Shown here: piece after piece, positions 25,978 to 36,399 of the stretch
How positions within the stretch are numbered: position 1 is the stretch's first letter
Layout of the letters: each line of letters starts with the position of its first letter
From: Clostridia bacterium
Lineage (GTDB): Bacteria > Bacillota > Clostridia > Oscillospirales > CAG-272
Direction: 5' to 3'
NCBI GenBank assembly: GCA_017462545.1
Contig: JAFTQX010000027.1
Span: forward strand, 30,331-94,330
DNA: 64,000 nucleotides
Notes under the pieces: generated by a model
Told to the model about the DNA's origin: nothing
What the model saw: only the letters and a program-made list of their open reading frames with translations
Databases searched by the model: none
Made by a program: the position numbers and the translations under genes

Positions 25978-28209
25978 TTATTCAAATTTGATCTGCTGCA
26001 GTTTAATGTCTTTTTCCGCGAGAAGAATGCCGGTTGCCGGAATTTTCTTTTTGCGATATCTGTCCGGTGTTTCATATTTTTCCGTAAAATCGCGCGTGGC
26101 AAAGGCGAGATTGGTTTTTCCTTTTTTCATGGTAAACAAGGTCACACCACCTGCAGTTTTTGTTGCCATCTCGGGTATAATCGAGGAAGAAAGCAAAATG
26201 GCACGATGAAGATTATCTACCATCAAAATATCAAACGGCTCTTCCTCATAGAATGCAGCAACAACCGGTGAGGCCTTTGAAAAGGCAGAGGTCAGCTTTT
26301 TACGTTCGGCACTATAATTATCTACCGAAACGCGCACACCCTTACCATTTTCAAAGAGAAAGACAATGTGGTGCTTTGAAGAATATCCGGTCAACGCCTT
26401 AGCAAGAATCGGTCGCTCCCCTTCGTTCATATTGAACCGAGCGGGCAAAAAGTCACCCAGCGCGGATGCCTTGGTAACATCAAAATCCGCAACCTTGGCC
26501 TTGAATACGCGCGCTTGATTGGTAAAGACGACCAACTCGCCGAGATTGTCGGTTTCCTCTTCGGAAAGGATGTAGTCCCCATCCTTGAGGTTTTGTTCGT
26601 CGTTGCCGCGCAGCGATTGCAGCGTGATCTTCTTGAAATAGCCGTCATGCGTCAAAACAAGACGGACATTATAATTTTCAATCAGGTCCTCTTCGGCTAC
26701 TGTAACGATATCCTCCGTACCGATCAGCTGCGTTTTACGAGGCATGCCGTACTTTTTCTTGATTTCCTTCAGCTGCTCGGCGATTAAAGCCTTTTGCTTT
26801 AGCTCATCGGCCAATATTTCTTCCAGCTTGGCAATATCTGCCTGTAAATTCTCAATTTCTTGTACGCGGTTGAGAATGTATTCGCGGTTAAGATGGCGCA
26901 GTTTGATCTCCGCAATATATTCCGCCTGGATCTCATCGATTGAAAAGGCCACCATAAGATTGGGGACAACGTCCTCTTCCTTTTCGGTGTTGCGAACAAT
27001 GCGCACCGCCTTGTCAATATCCAACAAAATGGTGGCAAGACCAAGCAAAAGATGGAGCTTATCCTTTTTCTTATCCAGATCGTACGTCAACTCACGACGC
27101 AAACAACCAAGGCGGAAGCGAATCCACTCCCGCAAGATCTCTACAACACCGATCTGACGAGGTGTGCCATCAATCAGTACGTTAAAGTTGCAGCTAAAGT
27201 TATCCTCAAGCGAGGTCAGCTTGTACAACTTGGCCATCAAGCGATCGGGATCTGTTCCACGACGAAGCTCGATCGTCATCAGCTTGGAGCCGTTGAGGTC
27301 GATCGAGTCACGAACATCGGTAACTTCCTTCAATTTGCCGCTCTTAATCAGCTCGGTGATCTTCTCAATGATGTCCTCCACCGTTGTACTGTACGGAATC
27401 TGAAGAACCTCTATACTATTTTCTTTGGCGTTGTATTGATACCGCGCGCGCACCTTGATGGTGCCATCTCCATTTTCAAACACGCGCTGCATAGCATCAC
27501 GGTCGTAGATCAAAAGACCGCCACCCGGAAAATCCGGTGCTTTGATGAGATCCATCATTCTCTCGGTGGTGGTATTGGGATTCTTTAGCAACGCAATGGT
27601 ACCGTCACAAATCTCGCCCAGGTTAAACGAGCAAATGCGGCACGCCATGCCAACGGCAATGCCTAAGTTCGGAGAGATCAGAATGTTCGGAAAAGTTGTT
27701 GGCAACAAAGTCGGCTCTGTTGTGGTATTATCATAGTTCGGTACCATATCAACAGCATTTTTATCAATACCGCTGAATAATTCATGGCAGATCGGCGCCA
27801 GTTTCACCTCCGTATACCGCGAAGCGGCGTACGCCATATTACTGTACTGCTTACCAAAGCTACCCTTTGAGTCAACAAATGGATGCAAAAGAGCCTCACA
27901 TCCACTCGTCAAACGCACAAGCGTTTCATAGATGGCAGCATCGCCATGGGGATTGAGATGCATCGTCTGTCCCACAACGTTGGCACTTTTTGTACGGGCA
28001 CCGGTCAAAAGCCCCATCTTGTACATGGTATAAAGCAGCTTACGATGGGAGGGCTTAAAGCCATCAATATCCGGCAGTGCACGCGAAACGATAACACTCA
28101 TGACATATGGCATGTAGTTTTTTTCAATCGTTTCGGTGATCGGCTGCAATGTGATTTCTGCAGTTATCTTTTGTGCAGGAGTCGCATCTGCCTTCTTTTT
28201 TCTTGCCAT
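25978..28209 (-). CDS. type IIA topoisomerase subunit A (ParC-like; no GyrA-box seen)
   Basis: MPYVMSVIVSRALPDIDGFKPSHRKLLY, HPHGD-type LNPHGDAAIYETLVRL, and catalytic Tyr context AASRYTE. Start MARKKK at 28209 lies just after the tsaC stop; the listed 28257 start is an extension. Confidence 0.85.
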   Translation of the reverse strand: MARKKKADATPAQKITAEITLQPITETIEKNYMPYVMSVIVSRALPDIDGFKPSHRKLLYTMYKMGLLTGARTKSANVVGQTMHLNPHGDAAIYETLVRLTSGCEALLHPFVDSKGSFGKQYSNMAYAASRYTEVKLAPICHELFSGIDKNAVDMVPNYDNTTTEPTLLPTTFPNILISPNLGIAVGMACRICSFNLGEICDGTIALLKNPNTTTERMMDLIKAPDFPGGGLLIYDRDAMQRVFENGDGTIKVRARYQYNAKENSIEVLQIPYSTTVEDIIEKITELIKSGKLKEVTDVRDSIDLNGSKLMTIELRRGTDPDRLMAKLYKLTSLEDNFSCNFNVLIDGTPRQIGVVEILREWIRFRLGCLRRELTYDLDKKKDKLHLLLGLATILLDIDKAVRIVRNTEKEEDVVPNLMVAFSIDEIQAEYIAEIKLRHLNREYILNRVQEIENLQADIAKLEEILADELKQKALIAEQLKEIKKKYGMPRKTQLIGTEDIVTVAEEDLIENYNVRLVLTHDGYFKKITLQSLRGNDEQNLKDGDYILSEEETDNLGELVVFTNQARVFKAKVADFDVTKASALGDFLPARFNMNEGERPILAKALTGYSSKHHIVFLFENGKGVRVSVDNYSAERKKLTSAFSKASPVVAAFYEEEPFDILMVDNLHRAILLSSSIIPEMATKTAGGVTLFTMKKGKTNLAFATRDFTEKYETPDRYRKKKIPATGILLAEKDIKLQQIKFE

Positions 28210-28213
28210 AATT

Positions 28214-29275
28214 TTACATTCCTTCTTGTAAATGCACAATATGATGCGCCGCTGCACGAATCATACGATTGTACAATGCCATGCCGATATCATCGGTTGG
28301 CGGTAGTGGTGCATATATTGCATCAAAATTCAATTTGTCTATTTCACGCAGTAAAAAGAACAACCTTTGCGCTTGACGTTTCCTGTTCTTTCGCTCGCCG
28401 AGAGAAAAGCAGCGATCTGCCTTTAAAAAAGTCTCAAAAATTGTTCTTTCTTCTTCATAGCAAAGCATTGCCACGCGTCCCGTCTGTTGTTTGATGTAGT
28501 CGGCCATTTGCGCTGCAGTTCCATCTAACAGGAACAGCGGCGCACGCGGCGCATAATGCCGATATTTCATGCCGGGAGAAAGAGCAACAGCCCCTTCCGG
28601 CAAGCTACCAAGCACCGCTTCTGCGATCTGTATCTTCCCTGCTACCGCCTCCAACATTTCCTGGGTAATGCCTCCCGGTCGAAGAAGTGTGAGAGTTTCG
28701 TCCGGTTCGATTTTCACAATGGTGGATTCCACGCCGATGTCGCAATCTCCGCCGTCTAAAATCATATCCACGCGGCCATTCATGTCGTCAATCACATGAG
28801 CGGCACAGGTTGGCGAGGGACTTCCTGAAAGGTTCGCAGAGGGCGCAGCAATCGGCACGCCTGCTGCAAGCAGCAGCGCGTGTGCAACGGGGTGTGAGGG
28901 GCAACGAATGGCAACGGTAGAAAGCCCTGCCGTCACCGTTTTCGGAATACTCTCCTTAACGGGCATGATGACCGTCAAAGGCCCCGGCATGAACGTCTCT
29001 GCCAAGCGCCAATATAGCGGCGGTACTGAGGCATACTGTTCAGCATCTTCAGGTGCGGCAACATGCACGATCAACGGATTATCCGATGGACGCCCCTTGG
29101 CGGCATAAATCTTTTTCGCCGCATTGGCATCGGTGGCATCCGCTCCCAAGCCATACACCGTCTCGGTCGGAAAAACCACCAAGCCGCCCTGGCGCAACAG
29201 AATACCTGCGCGCTGTAACGCCGCCCGCTCTCTTTCGGCCTCTATGTTTTCAATTTTGACGATCTCAGTTTTCAT
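28214..29275 (-). CDS. tsaC: L-threonylcarbamoyladenylate synthase (Sua5/YwlC type, with C-terminal Sua5 domain)
   Basis: GGLVVFPTETVYGLGADA, KGRPSDNPLIVH, SANLSG.PSPT. Confidence 0.9.
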   Translation of the reverse strand: MKTEIVKIENIEAERERAALQRAGILLRQGGLVVFPTETVYGLGADATDANAAKKIYAAKGRPSDNPLIVHVAAPEDAEQYASVPPLYWRLAETFMPGPLTVIMPVKESIPKTVTAGLSTVAIRCPSHPVAHALLLAAGVPIAAPSANLSGSPSPTCAAHVIDDMNGRVDMILDGGDCDIGVESTIVKIEPDETLTLLRPGGITQEMLEAVAGKIQIAEAVLGSLPEGAVALSPGMKYRHYAPRAPLFLLDGTAAQMADYIKQQTGRVAMLCYEEERTIFETFLKADRCFSLGERKNRKRQAQRLFFLLREIDKLNFDAIYAPLPPTDDIGMALYNRMIRAAAHHIVHLQEGM

Positions 29276-30344
29276 GCTCGCCAGCCTTCATTTTTTCAGC
29301 AGTATCCGCCGTAATCAACGCCTCGATAATCGCCCCGATATTGCCGTTCATAATGCTATCCAGTTGATACAGCGTCAGACCGATACGATGATCGGTCATG
29401 CGACTTTGTGGGTAGTTGTAGGTACGAATCTTTTCACTACGGTCTCCCGTGCCAACCTGGCTGCGACGGGTTGCGGTCAAATGATCCGTCTGCTTTTGTT
29501 GCTCGATCTCATACAGCTTGGCACGCAGCATGCGCATCGCCTTGTCGCGGTTTTTCATTTGGCTGCGCTCTTCCTGGCAAAAAACAACAATGCCGGTCGG
29601 CTTGTGATAAATGCGGATTGCCGACTCGGTTTTGTTAATGTGCTGACCGCCGGCACCGCTACTCTTAAGCGTTTCAACCTCAAGGTCGGACGGATGAATG
29701 GTAATCTGCACATCCTCCACCTCAGGAAGAACCGCAACCGTAACGGTGGAGGTTTGAATGCGACCTTGCGACTCTGTTTTGGGAACGCGCTGTACACGGT
29801 GTACACCGCTTTCAAATTTCAGTTGCGCATAGGCCCCTTCTCCTACTACCATAAACGAGATTTCACGGTAGCCGCCAAGCTCTGTTTCGTTTTGGTTAAT
29901 GGGCTCCAGCTTCCAGCCGACGCTTGCGGCATACATGGTGTACATACGGTAAAGGTCGCCCGCAAACAGGGCTGCCTCTTCCCCACCCGCGCCGGCTCGA
30001 ATTTCCATAATGACGTTTTTATCATCATTTTCATCACGCGGCAAAAGAAGCTTTTTTAGCTCAATTTGCATATCTGCAATGGACGCACGCAAAGCAGCAC
30101 ACTCTTCCTCGGCCATTTCGCGCAGCGCGCTGTCAGAGGTATCGTCGCTTGCCAGCTCCTCTGCCTCCTGCAGCTCGCACTCCATTCTCCGAAAGGCACG
30201 AAATGCCTCTACCACAGGCTCCAGCATTTTGTGCTCTTTCATCAAATGGCGCAGTTTTTCAGGATCGGAAAGCACATCCTCCGCTCCGAGATTTTGCTCA
30301 ATCTCCTCAAATCGGGTCTCAATCCCGATCAGTTTGTCACGCAT
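29265..30344 (-). CDS. prfA: peptide chain release factor 1
   Basis: PEV tripeptide context (LPEVEDV) and SGAGGQHINKTESA GGQ motif; 359 aa. Confidence 0.95.
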   Translation of the reverse strand: MRDKLIGIETRFEEIEQNLGAEDVLSDPEKLRHLMKEHKMLEPVVEAFRAFRRMECELQEAEELASDDTSDSALREMAEEECAALRASIADMQIELKKLLLPRDENDDKNVIMEIRAGAGGEEAALFAGDLYRMYTMYAASVGWKLEPINQNETELGGYREISFMVVGEGAYAQLKFESGVHRVQRVPKTESQGRIQTSTVTVAVLPEVEDVQITIHPSDLEVETLKSSGAGGQHINKTESAIRIYHKPTGIVVFCQEERSQMKNRDKAMRMLRAKLYEIEQQKQTDHLTATRRSQVGTGDRSEKIRTYNYPQSRMTDHRIGLTLYQLDSIMNGNIGAIIEALITADTAEKMKAGEHEN

Positions 30345-30347
30345 AAA

Positions 30348-31745
30348 TTATTTCAAGAAAGCGCAGAAGGCTTCGTGTGTGGTATAAACATCAGCCTTGG
30401 AAACGACCTCATACGGCGCGTGCATGGAGATAACCGGAACACCCATATCAACCGTATCAATATTCATGTTGGCCAAGAACATTGCTACCGTTCCACCTCC
30501 GCCTGCATCTACCTTACCAAGCTCGGAGGTCTGCCACACAATACCGTTTTCCTCGAACATGCGGCGAACGCGCGCCACAAACTCAGCGGAGGCATCACTT
30601 GTGCCGCTCTTGCCACGGGCACCGGTATATTTGGACATGGTAGTTCCGCAAGAAATCATAGCGCTGTTGCGGCGCTCATAAACCTCGGCAAAATTGGGGT
30701 CATAGGCTGCGTTAACATCTGCCGACAGGCACAGCGAATTGGCGCGAACCAACACAGGATTAGCACCGCGCGCGGCGCAGATCAGCTCGATCATATCCTT
30801 CAGGAAGCAGTTCTGCATGCCGGTAACGCCTGCACTGCCAACCTCTTCCTTATCTGCCAAAATAGACATGACAGTGTGCTTCGACTCGGTCTCAAAAATT
30901 GCCGTCATCTCGGGGTAAGCACAAACGCGATCATCGTGACCATAAGCACCGATAAAGGCGCGATCAAAGCCGATATCACGCGCACGGAAGGCAGGAACAG
31001 CGCTCAGCTCGGCACTCATAAAATCTGCCTCGGTAATGCCGTATTTTTCATTCAGAATGTTCAGGACATTGAGCTTGATCTTATTATCGACCTTGTCATC
31101 GGCAAAAGGAACGCCGCCAACCAGAATATTCAGCGTCTCACCCGCAATGGCACTTGCCATGGGCTTGGTCATCTGATCGTGTGCTAGGTGAGGCAGTAGA
31201 TCGTTAACATAAAATACAGGATCACTCTCATCCTCGCCAATTACGACATCAACCGTCTTGCCGTCAGCCGTTACAACAACGCCATGCAGCGCAAGAGGAA
31301 TTGCCGTCCATTGATACTTTTTGATACCGCCATAATAGTGCGTCTTCAAAAAGCTCATGCCGCTATCCTCATAAAGCGGATGCTGCTTCAGATCAAGACG
31401 CGGAGAATCGATGTGTGCGGCAAGAATGCGAATACCGTCCTTTTCCAAATCCTCTTCGCCAATGCGGAAAATAAAGAGGTTTTTATCGCGGTTATTGTAA
31501 TAACGGCAATCACCCGGCTTCAAAGCCTCGCCGAGCGTATAAGCAGTAAAGCCGGCAGCCTCTGCCAGAGCAATGCCGCGGCGAACAGCTTCTCTTTCGG
31601 TCTTGGCGGCATCCAAAAACGCCTTGTACCCTTCTGCGTATGCAAAGATCTTTTCAATCTTCTCTGCATCATACACCTCAAACACATTTTTCTTTGAATA
31701 GGCAAGAGCCTCCATACGCTCCTGACCAACTGTCTTTTCGCTCAT
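30348..31745 (-). CDS. M18 family aminopeptidase
   Basis: AAHIDSPRLDLK, GAYGHDDRVC, DKEEVGS, DMGVPVISMHAP. Confidence 0.85.
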   Translation of the reverse strand: MSEKTVGQERMEALAYSKKNVFEVYDAEKIEKIFAYAEGYKAFLDAAKTEREAVRRGIALAEAAGFTAYTLGEALKPGDCRYYNNRDKNLFIFRIGEEDLEKDGIRILAAHIDSPRLDLKQHPLYEDSGMSFLKTHYYGGIKKYQWTAIPLALHGVVVTADGKTVDVVIGEDESDPVFYVNDLLPHLAHDQMTKPMASAIAGETLNILVGGVPFADDKVDNKIKLNVLNILNEKYGITEADFMSAELSAVPAFRARDIGFDRAFIGAYGHDDRVCAYPEMTAIFETESKHTVMSILADKEEVGSAGVTGMQNCFLKDMIELICAARGANPVLVRANSLCLSADVNAAYDPNFAEVYERRNSAMISCGTTMSKYTGARGKSGTSDASAEFVARVRRMFEENGIVWQTSELGKVDAGGGGTVAMFLANMNIDTVDMGVPVISMHAPYEVVSKADVYTTHEAFCAFLK

Positions 31746-31776
31746 GTTTTTTCTCCTTTATGTGAAATATTTTTTA

Positions 31777-32394
31777 TTATGATAACAGCAAACCAAGCTG
31801 ACTCGCAATCTGCTCGGCTTCTTTTTTCAATGTGACCGTTTCGCCATGATTATATACAACCGCGTTGCATCGTTTTTTATAAAAATCATCATCCGGTTGT
31901 GCCGCAAGACGGCGACTTGCCGCCTCTGCTGTCAAGCAATCCCGCGCCATAATGCGCGCAAGGCGCGCTTTGTATGTAGCAAGAACACCGACTGTATAAT
32001 CGCACATGGCATCAAAGCCGGATTCAAACAAAAGGGGAACATCCAATATGACAACAGGCTCTTCTTTTTTTTGATATTCTGCCAACCGTTCTTCAAACGC
32101 CAAGCGAACAAATTGATGGGTAATGCTGTTTAATTGTGCCAATTTCGCCTTCGCAGAATCATCCTCACAAAAAACCACTGAAGCAAGCCTAGGACGATTT
32201 AGAGAGCCATCTTCGCACAAAACGCCAGCACCAAAAGCGTCAGCCAAAGCCTCTGTACAGGGAGAGGGGGCTACGATTAGTGAATGGTACACCGCATCGG
32301 CATCAATCACCGGGGCATGGCATAAATCCCGGAGCTGTTGACAAAAGCAGCTTTTTCCGCTTCCGCTGCCACCCGTGACACCGATTACGATCAT
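31777..32394 (-). CDS. coaE: dephospho-CoA kinase
   Basis: MIVIGVTGGSGSGKS P-loop, DADAV.H and LDVPLLFESG. Confidence 0.9.
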   Translation of the reverse strand: MIVIGVTGGSGSGKSCFCQQLRDLCHAPVIDADAVYHSLIVAPSPCTEALADAFGAGVLCEDGSLNRPRLASVVFCEDDSAKAKLAQLNSITHQFVRLAFEERLAEYQKKEEPVVILDVPLLFESGFDAMCDYTVGVLATYKARLARIMARDCLTAEAASRRLAAQPDDDFYKKRCNAVVYNHGETVTLKKEAEQIASQLGLLLS

Positions 32395-32530
32395 GTCTTT
32401 TCCTTCCTCTCAAAGAAAATACTTACAATATATTATATTATATCCCATCTCTTTTGTCAAGGCAAGAAATAACCAAAGATGAGAAAAAAGCATACAATGA
32501 CATTGAATTTTCAAAAAAGGAGGCAAACCA

Positions 32531-33646
32531 TTGAAACAAGTAAAGAAACCGACGACAGTACTCCCGCATCGTGAAAACAAAAATACATATTTCATCGCCG
32601 CAAACGGGTATAGTGGCTTTCGTTCACGGTACGATGTGGTGTTCCATTCTCTTTCTTATACGCGCGTTTACATCATCAAAGGCGGCCCGGGGACAGGAAA
32701 GAGCCGCATGATGGCCGAAATTGCGAAAGAGATCGAAAAGCGCGGCGGAAACGTTCAATACATCTACTGCTCATCCGACCCTGATTCACTTGACGGTGTG
32801 ATTTTAACAAACCACGAGCGACGAATCGCCATATTAGACGGCACGGCGCCGCACACGCGATGCACAGACTATCCGGGCGTGATTGACGAAATCATCAACC
32901 TGGGCGAATTTTGGGATGATACATGTCTTTCTGACCAAAAAGACGAGATCGTGAGGCTCTGCCACAAAAAATCTGCGGATTATCAAATGGCGTATCGCTA
33001 TCTTGCTCTTGCCGGATCGGTGGACGAAATAGCGACAGAGCTATTGACACAATGCCTAGATCAAGAAAAGCTCAAGAAAGCCGTCTCGCGTTTTGTTTGC
33101 AAGTGCAGGACCTCCTCCGCCCCTCAAGAAACCATTCAATATTGGAGCGCGTGCAGCATGAAGGGAAAGGTTTCTTTTTCGCCGGTTCCTGATGATGCTG
33201 CCGTGATTTATGTGAACGATTATCTTGGCAGCGGACGTTTTTATCTCAATGCTCTGCGGGATGCCTTACGAAAAGCCGAACGCTACACATACCTTCTCAT
33301 TCCCTCCTGTTATACCGACGAACGAACAGAAGGCATCTATCTGCCGGATGATAATCTTCTTTTTGTTATAGGAGAAGGAAAAACAACCGATAGCGTGATC
33401 AACATGCGTCGTTTCTTGCTTCATGACCGATTAGTGGCATTACGCCCGCAATTGCGTAGTCTTTCCTCTCTTCACAACACTGCAACCGATACTGCGGTTT
33501 CCTATCTGCGCGAGGCGGGCTCTTATCACTTTGCGTTGGAAGAAATCTACGGTTCTGCCATGGATTTTGCGGCGAAGGAAAAATATGTCAAAGACCTCTT
33601 GGTCCGTATACAGGAACAGCTCTTCCCTCTCGAAAATATAGATTAA
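32531..33646 (+). CDS. P-loop ATPase of unknown function
   Basis: Walker A IIKGGPGTGKSRMM and candidate Walker B IAILDGTAPH. TTG start has AGGAGG 7 nt upstream. Confidence 0.6.
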   Translation: MKQVKKPTTVLPHRENKNTYFIAANGYSGFRSRYDVVFHSLSYTRVYIIKGGPGTGKSRMMAEIAKEIEKRGGNVQYIYCSSDPDSLDGVILTNHERRIAILDGTAPHTRCTDYPGVIDEIINLGEFWDDTCLSDQKDEIVRLCHKKSADYQMAYRYLALAGSVDEIATELLTQCLDQEKLKKAVSRFVCKCRTSSAPQETIQYWSACSMKGKVSFSPVPDDAAVIYVNDYLGSGRFYLNALRDALRKAERYTYLLIPSCYTDERTEGIYLPDDNLLFVIGEGKTTDSVINMRRFLLHDRLVALRPQLRSLSSLHNTATDTAVSYLREAGSYHFALEEIYGSAMDFAAKEKYVKDLLVRIQEQLFPLENID

Positions 33647-33738
33647 GTTGACAATCGCGCCGTTTTGTGATATGATATCCACGGCGTTTTCATAAAAAGA
33701 AAATGCCGGCGAGTATCATCGCCGACATTTCTTTTGTT

Positions 33739-34965
33739 TTATTTTTGAAGTGTTTTTACCAGCTTTTCAGTATCCGATGCGATAACAAGCTCCTCGTTGG
33801 TAGGAATGATGTATACCTTGACGCGGGATCCATCCTTGCTCAAGCAGGTGGTCTTAACAGGGCGAGCAACCGAGTTGTTGGCCTCTTTGTCAAACTCAAC
33901 CCCCAGATACTCCAGATCCTGGCACGCCAGCTCACGAATGGAAGCCGTATTCTCACCAATACCGGCAGTAAATACGATCGCATCCAGGCCGCCCATAGCT
34001 GCGGTGTAGGAACCGATGTACTTCTTGATCTGGTAGCCCAGCATGTTCATTGCCAGCTTGGCACGCTCGTTGCCTGCCTCAATCGCGGCAGTAACATCGC
34101 GGCAGTCAGAAGAAACGCCCGAAACACCGAGAAGACCGCACTTCTTATTCAGATACGCATTGACCTCATCGGGTGTCATGTTTTCCTTGCTCATAATAAA
34201 CGGAACAACGGCAGGATCCATATCACCGCAGCGGGTGCCCATCAGTACACCGGCAAGAGGGGTAAAGCCCATGGTGGTATCCATCACCTTGCCATCCTTA
34301 ATGGCAGAAATAGAAGAGCCGTTTCCAAGGTGACAGGTTACAATCTTCGTCCCCTCGGTCTTGCCGAGGATTTTCAGCATCTCACCTGCTACATAGCGAT
34401 GCGATGTGCCGTGGAAACCGTAGCGACGAAGAGCGTATTTCTCATAGAGATCATAAGAAATACCGTACATATACGCCTCAGGAGCCATCGTCTGATGGAA
34501 AGCGGTATCGAATACCAAAACCTGCGGGGTATCGGGCATAACCTCTAAGCAGCCCTGAATGCCCTGAATGTGAGCGGGAGTGTGCAGCGGTGCCAAATCA
34601 CGGCAAAGCTCAAGCTTGGCAAGCACATCGTCATTCAGCAGTACAGATTCCGAGAAATAAGCGCCGCCGTGCACGATACGATGACCAACCGCTTCAATCT
34701 CTGCCATGCTCTTTACGCAACCATACTCGGCATGCAGCAACGCGTCTACAACATACTTCGTAGCCACCGTGTGGTTGGCCATGGGAAGCTCTGCCTTATA
34801 TTCCTTCTTGTTCAGCAGATTGGTGTGCGAGATTGCGCCAATGGTGCTTTCCCCATTGATGCCGATTCTTTCGCAAAGCCCCTTTGCGACGACCACATTA
34901 TTCGCGGTATCAAACAGCTGATATTTGAGAGAGCTGCTGCCCGCATTAACGACCAAAACGTTCAT
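33739..34965 (-). CDS. ackA: acetate kinase
   Basis: MNVLVVNAGSSSLKYQLF, HRIVHGG, RYGFHGTSH, CHLGNGSS, FTAGIGEN. TCCTCC (GGAGGA) lies upstream of ATG 34965; the listed 35262 start is a 99-codon extension. Confidence 0.95.
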   Translation of the reverse strand: MNVLVVNAGSSSLKYQLFDTANNVVVAKGLCERIGINGESTIGAISHTNLLNKKEYKAELPMANHTVATKYVVDALLHAEYGCVKSMAEIEAVGHRIVHGGAYFSESVLLNDDVLAKLELCRDLAPLHTPAHIQGIQGCLEVMPDTPQVLVFDTAFHQTMAPEAYMYGISYDLYEKYALRRYGFHGTSHRYVAGEMLKILGKTEGTKIVTCHLGNGSSISAIKDGKVMDTTMGFTPLAGVLMGTRCGDMDPAVVPFIMSKENMTPDEVNAYLNKKCGLLGVSGVSSDCRDVTAAIEAGNERAKLAMNMLGYQIKKYIGSYTAAMGGLDAIVFTAGIGENTASIRELACQDLEYLGVEFDKEANNSVARPVKTTCLSKDGSRVKVYIIPTNEELVIASDTEKLVKTLQK

Positions 34966-35067
34966 ACAAATCCTCCGGTATTGAATATTTCTTACCGTAA
35001 TATTATAAAACATTTGTTGCACAATTGCAAGATTTTTTTCAAAAAAAGGACATATTAGGTAAAAAAC

Positions 35068-36297
35068 ATGAAGAAACGAAAAATTGCTGCCGTAATTTGT
35101 GAATACAATCCATTTCACGCGGGGCACGCATCCCTCCTTACGCAGCTGCGGCAGGCGGAGGGAGAAGAAACTGCCATTGTCGCCATTATGAGCGGAAACT
35201 ACACGCAGCGCGGTGAGCCGGCTCTCTTTCCCAAGCACATACGGGCAGCCTGTGCCATTCACGGTGGCGCGGACTTGGTATTAGAGCTGCCGTTTCCCTA
35301 CTCCTGCTCTGGCGCGGAACGTTTTGCCAACGCGGGCGTGCACATCGCCCACGCGCTTGGCGGAGTAGATCTGCTCTTTTTTGGCAGCGAGTGTGGTGAC
35401 ACAGAGGCGCTCACACATCTTGCCGAGAAGCTGGAAAATCCCGCATTCCTAGATGCCTTTTTCGCAGCATCCGAAAGCACCAATATCGGTTGCGCCCAAA
35501 AGACCGAGGTGATATACCGTTCCGTATACGGAGAAAAGGATGCATATCTTTCTCTTTTACGAGAGCCAAACAATCTGTTGGGGGTAGAATATATTCGTGC
35601 CCTAATGCGAAAAAACAGCAGCATACGCCCTCTCGCTCTTTCACGAATCGGCATGCGCCATGATACGCAGGACACACCATGTCGTGATGCCTTTACCGCA
35701 GCAAGTGCGGCGCGAGCTGCTCTCTTGCAAGAGCAAGAATGCGAGTGCCATGATGCGCTTTCCCGGCTGCCGCAAGCCACCGTGCCGATCCTGCGCCAAG
35801 CCATGGAAAATGGGCAAATTCTTTCTTCTGACAACAAATGGCTCTCCTATTGCCTGTTATACTACCGTCATTGTGATCGCGAAAAATTACGTCTGTGTGA
35901 CAGTATGAGCGGCGGTCTTGGTGATCGTATCTGCCATGCAGCCATGACATGTCGCACGCCAAGCGATTTTTTTGCCGCATTGCGATCCAAAAAGCATACC
36001 GATGCATATCTACGACGCGCACTGCTTTACGGCGTATTTAACATAGAGCGCGCAAGCTTGAACGCGCCGCCTACATACACGCAAATCCTCGCCATGAACG
36101 CCCGCGGGCGGGAGGTGCTCGCCTATGCCAGAAAGCATCGTGCCATCCCCATCTTTAATCGTCCATCCGAAATCAACCACTTACCGGATCATGAAAAAGT
36201 TTCTCTTCGTGCAGATTCGGTGTATTGTGCGCTTTTAGAACAGCCTTCTCTCCCCTCCGACCTGCTTCGCTATCAGCCCTACCGTGAAAATACATGA
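35068..36297 (+). CDS. tmcAL: tRNA(Met) cytidine acetate ligase (TmcAL/YlbM family nucleotidyltransferase)
   Basis: AAVICEYNPFHAGHASLL HIGH-like motif and IMSGNYTQRGEPA; 409 aa. Confidence 0.8.
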   Translation: MKKRKIAAVICEYNPFHAGHASLLTQLRQAEGEETAIVAIMSGNYTQRGEPALFPKHIRAACAIHGGADLVLELPFPYSCSGAERFANAGVHIAHALGGVDLLFFGSECGDTEALTHLAEKLENPAFLDAFFAASESTNIGCAQKTEVIYRSVYGEKDAYLSLLREPNNLLGVEYIRALMRKNSSIRPLALSRIGMRHDTQDTPCRDAFTAASAARAALLQEQECECHDALSRLPQATVPILRQAMENGQILSSDNKWLSYCLLYYRHCDREKLRLCDSMSGGLGDRICHAAMTCRTPSDFFAALRSKKHTDAYLRRALLYGVFNIERASLNAPPTYTQILAMNARGREVLAYARKHRAIPIFNRPSEINHLPDHEKVSLRADSVYCALLEQPSLPSDLLRYQPYRENT

Positions 36298-36399
36298 AAG
36301 ATGACGACATCTTCTCGTGGACAAACCCTTGACATTTTCGGAAAAATATAGTATCATATTCTCACAAACGTTTGAAGCCACTTTGAAAGGAGTACTCAT

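Noticed and set aside
29124-31187. 311-aa and 373-aa + strand ORFs antisense to prfA, tsaC and the M18 aminopeptidase
   Set aside because: The minus-strand products carry unmistakable family motifs (GGQ and others). The + strand translations are repetitive and Arg/Leu/His-rich with no start signals, so they are shadow ORFs.
33703-34548. 281-aa + strand ORF antisense to ackA
   Set aside because: It is a shadow frame of a highly conserved gene, with no RBS and no motifs.
34966-35262. Long 5' extensions in the ORF track: ackA to 35262, ParC-like to 28257, GH20 genes to 45061 and 47076, activase from 10267, M16B from 13218, M16A from 11969
   Set aside because: In each case an internal ATG or GTG is preceded by a Shine-Dalgarno, matches the conserved family N-terminus, and often abuts the upstream stop codon. 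The extensions run through promoters or upstream genes.
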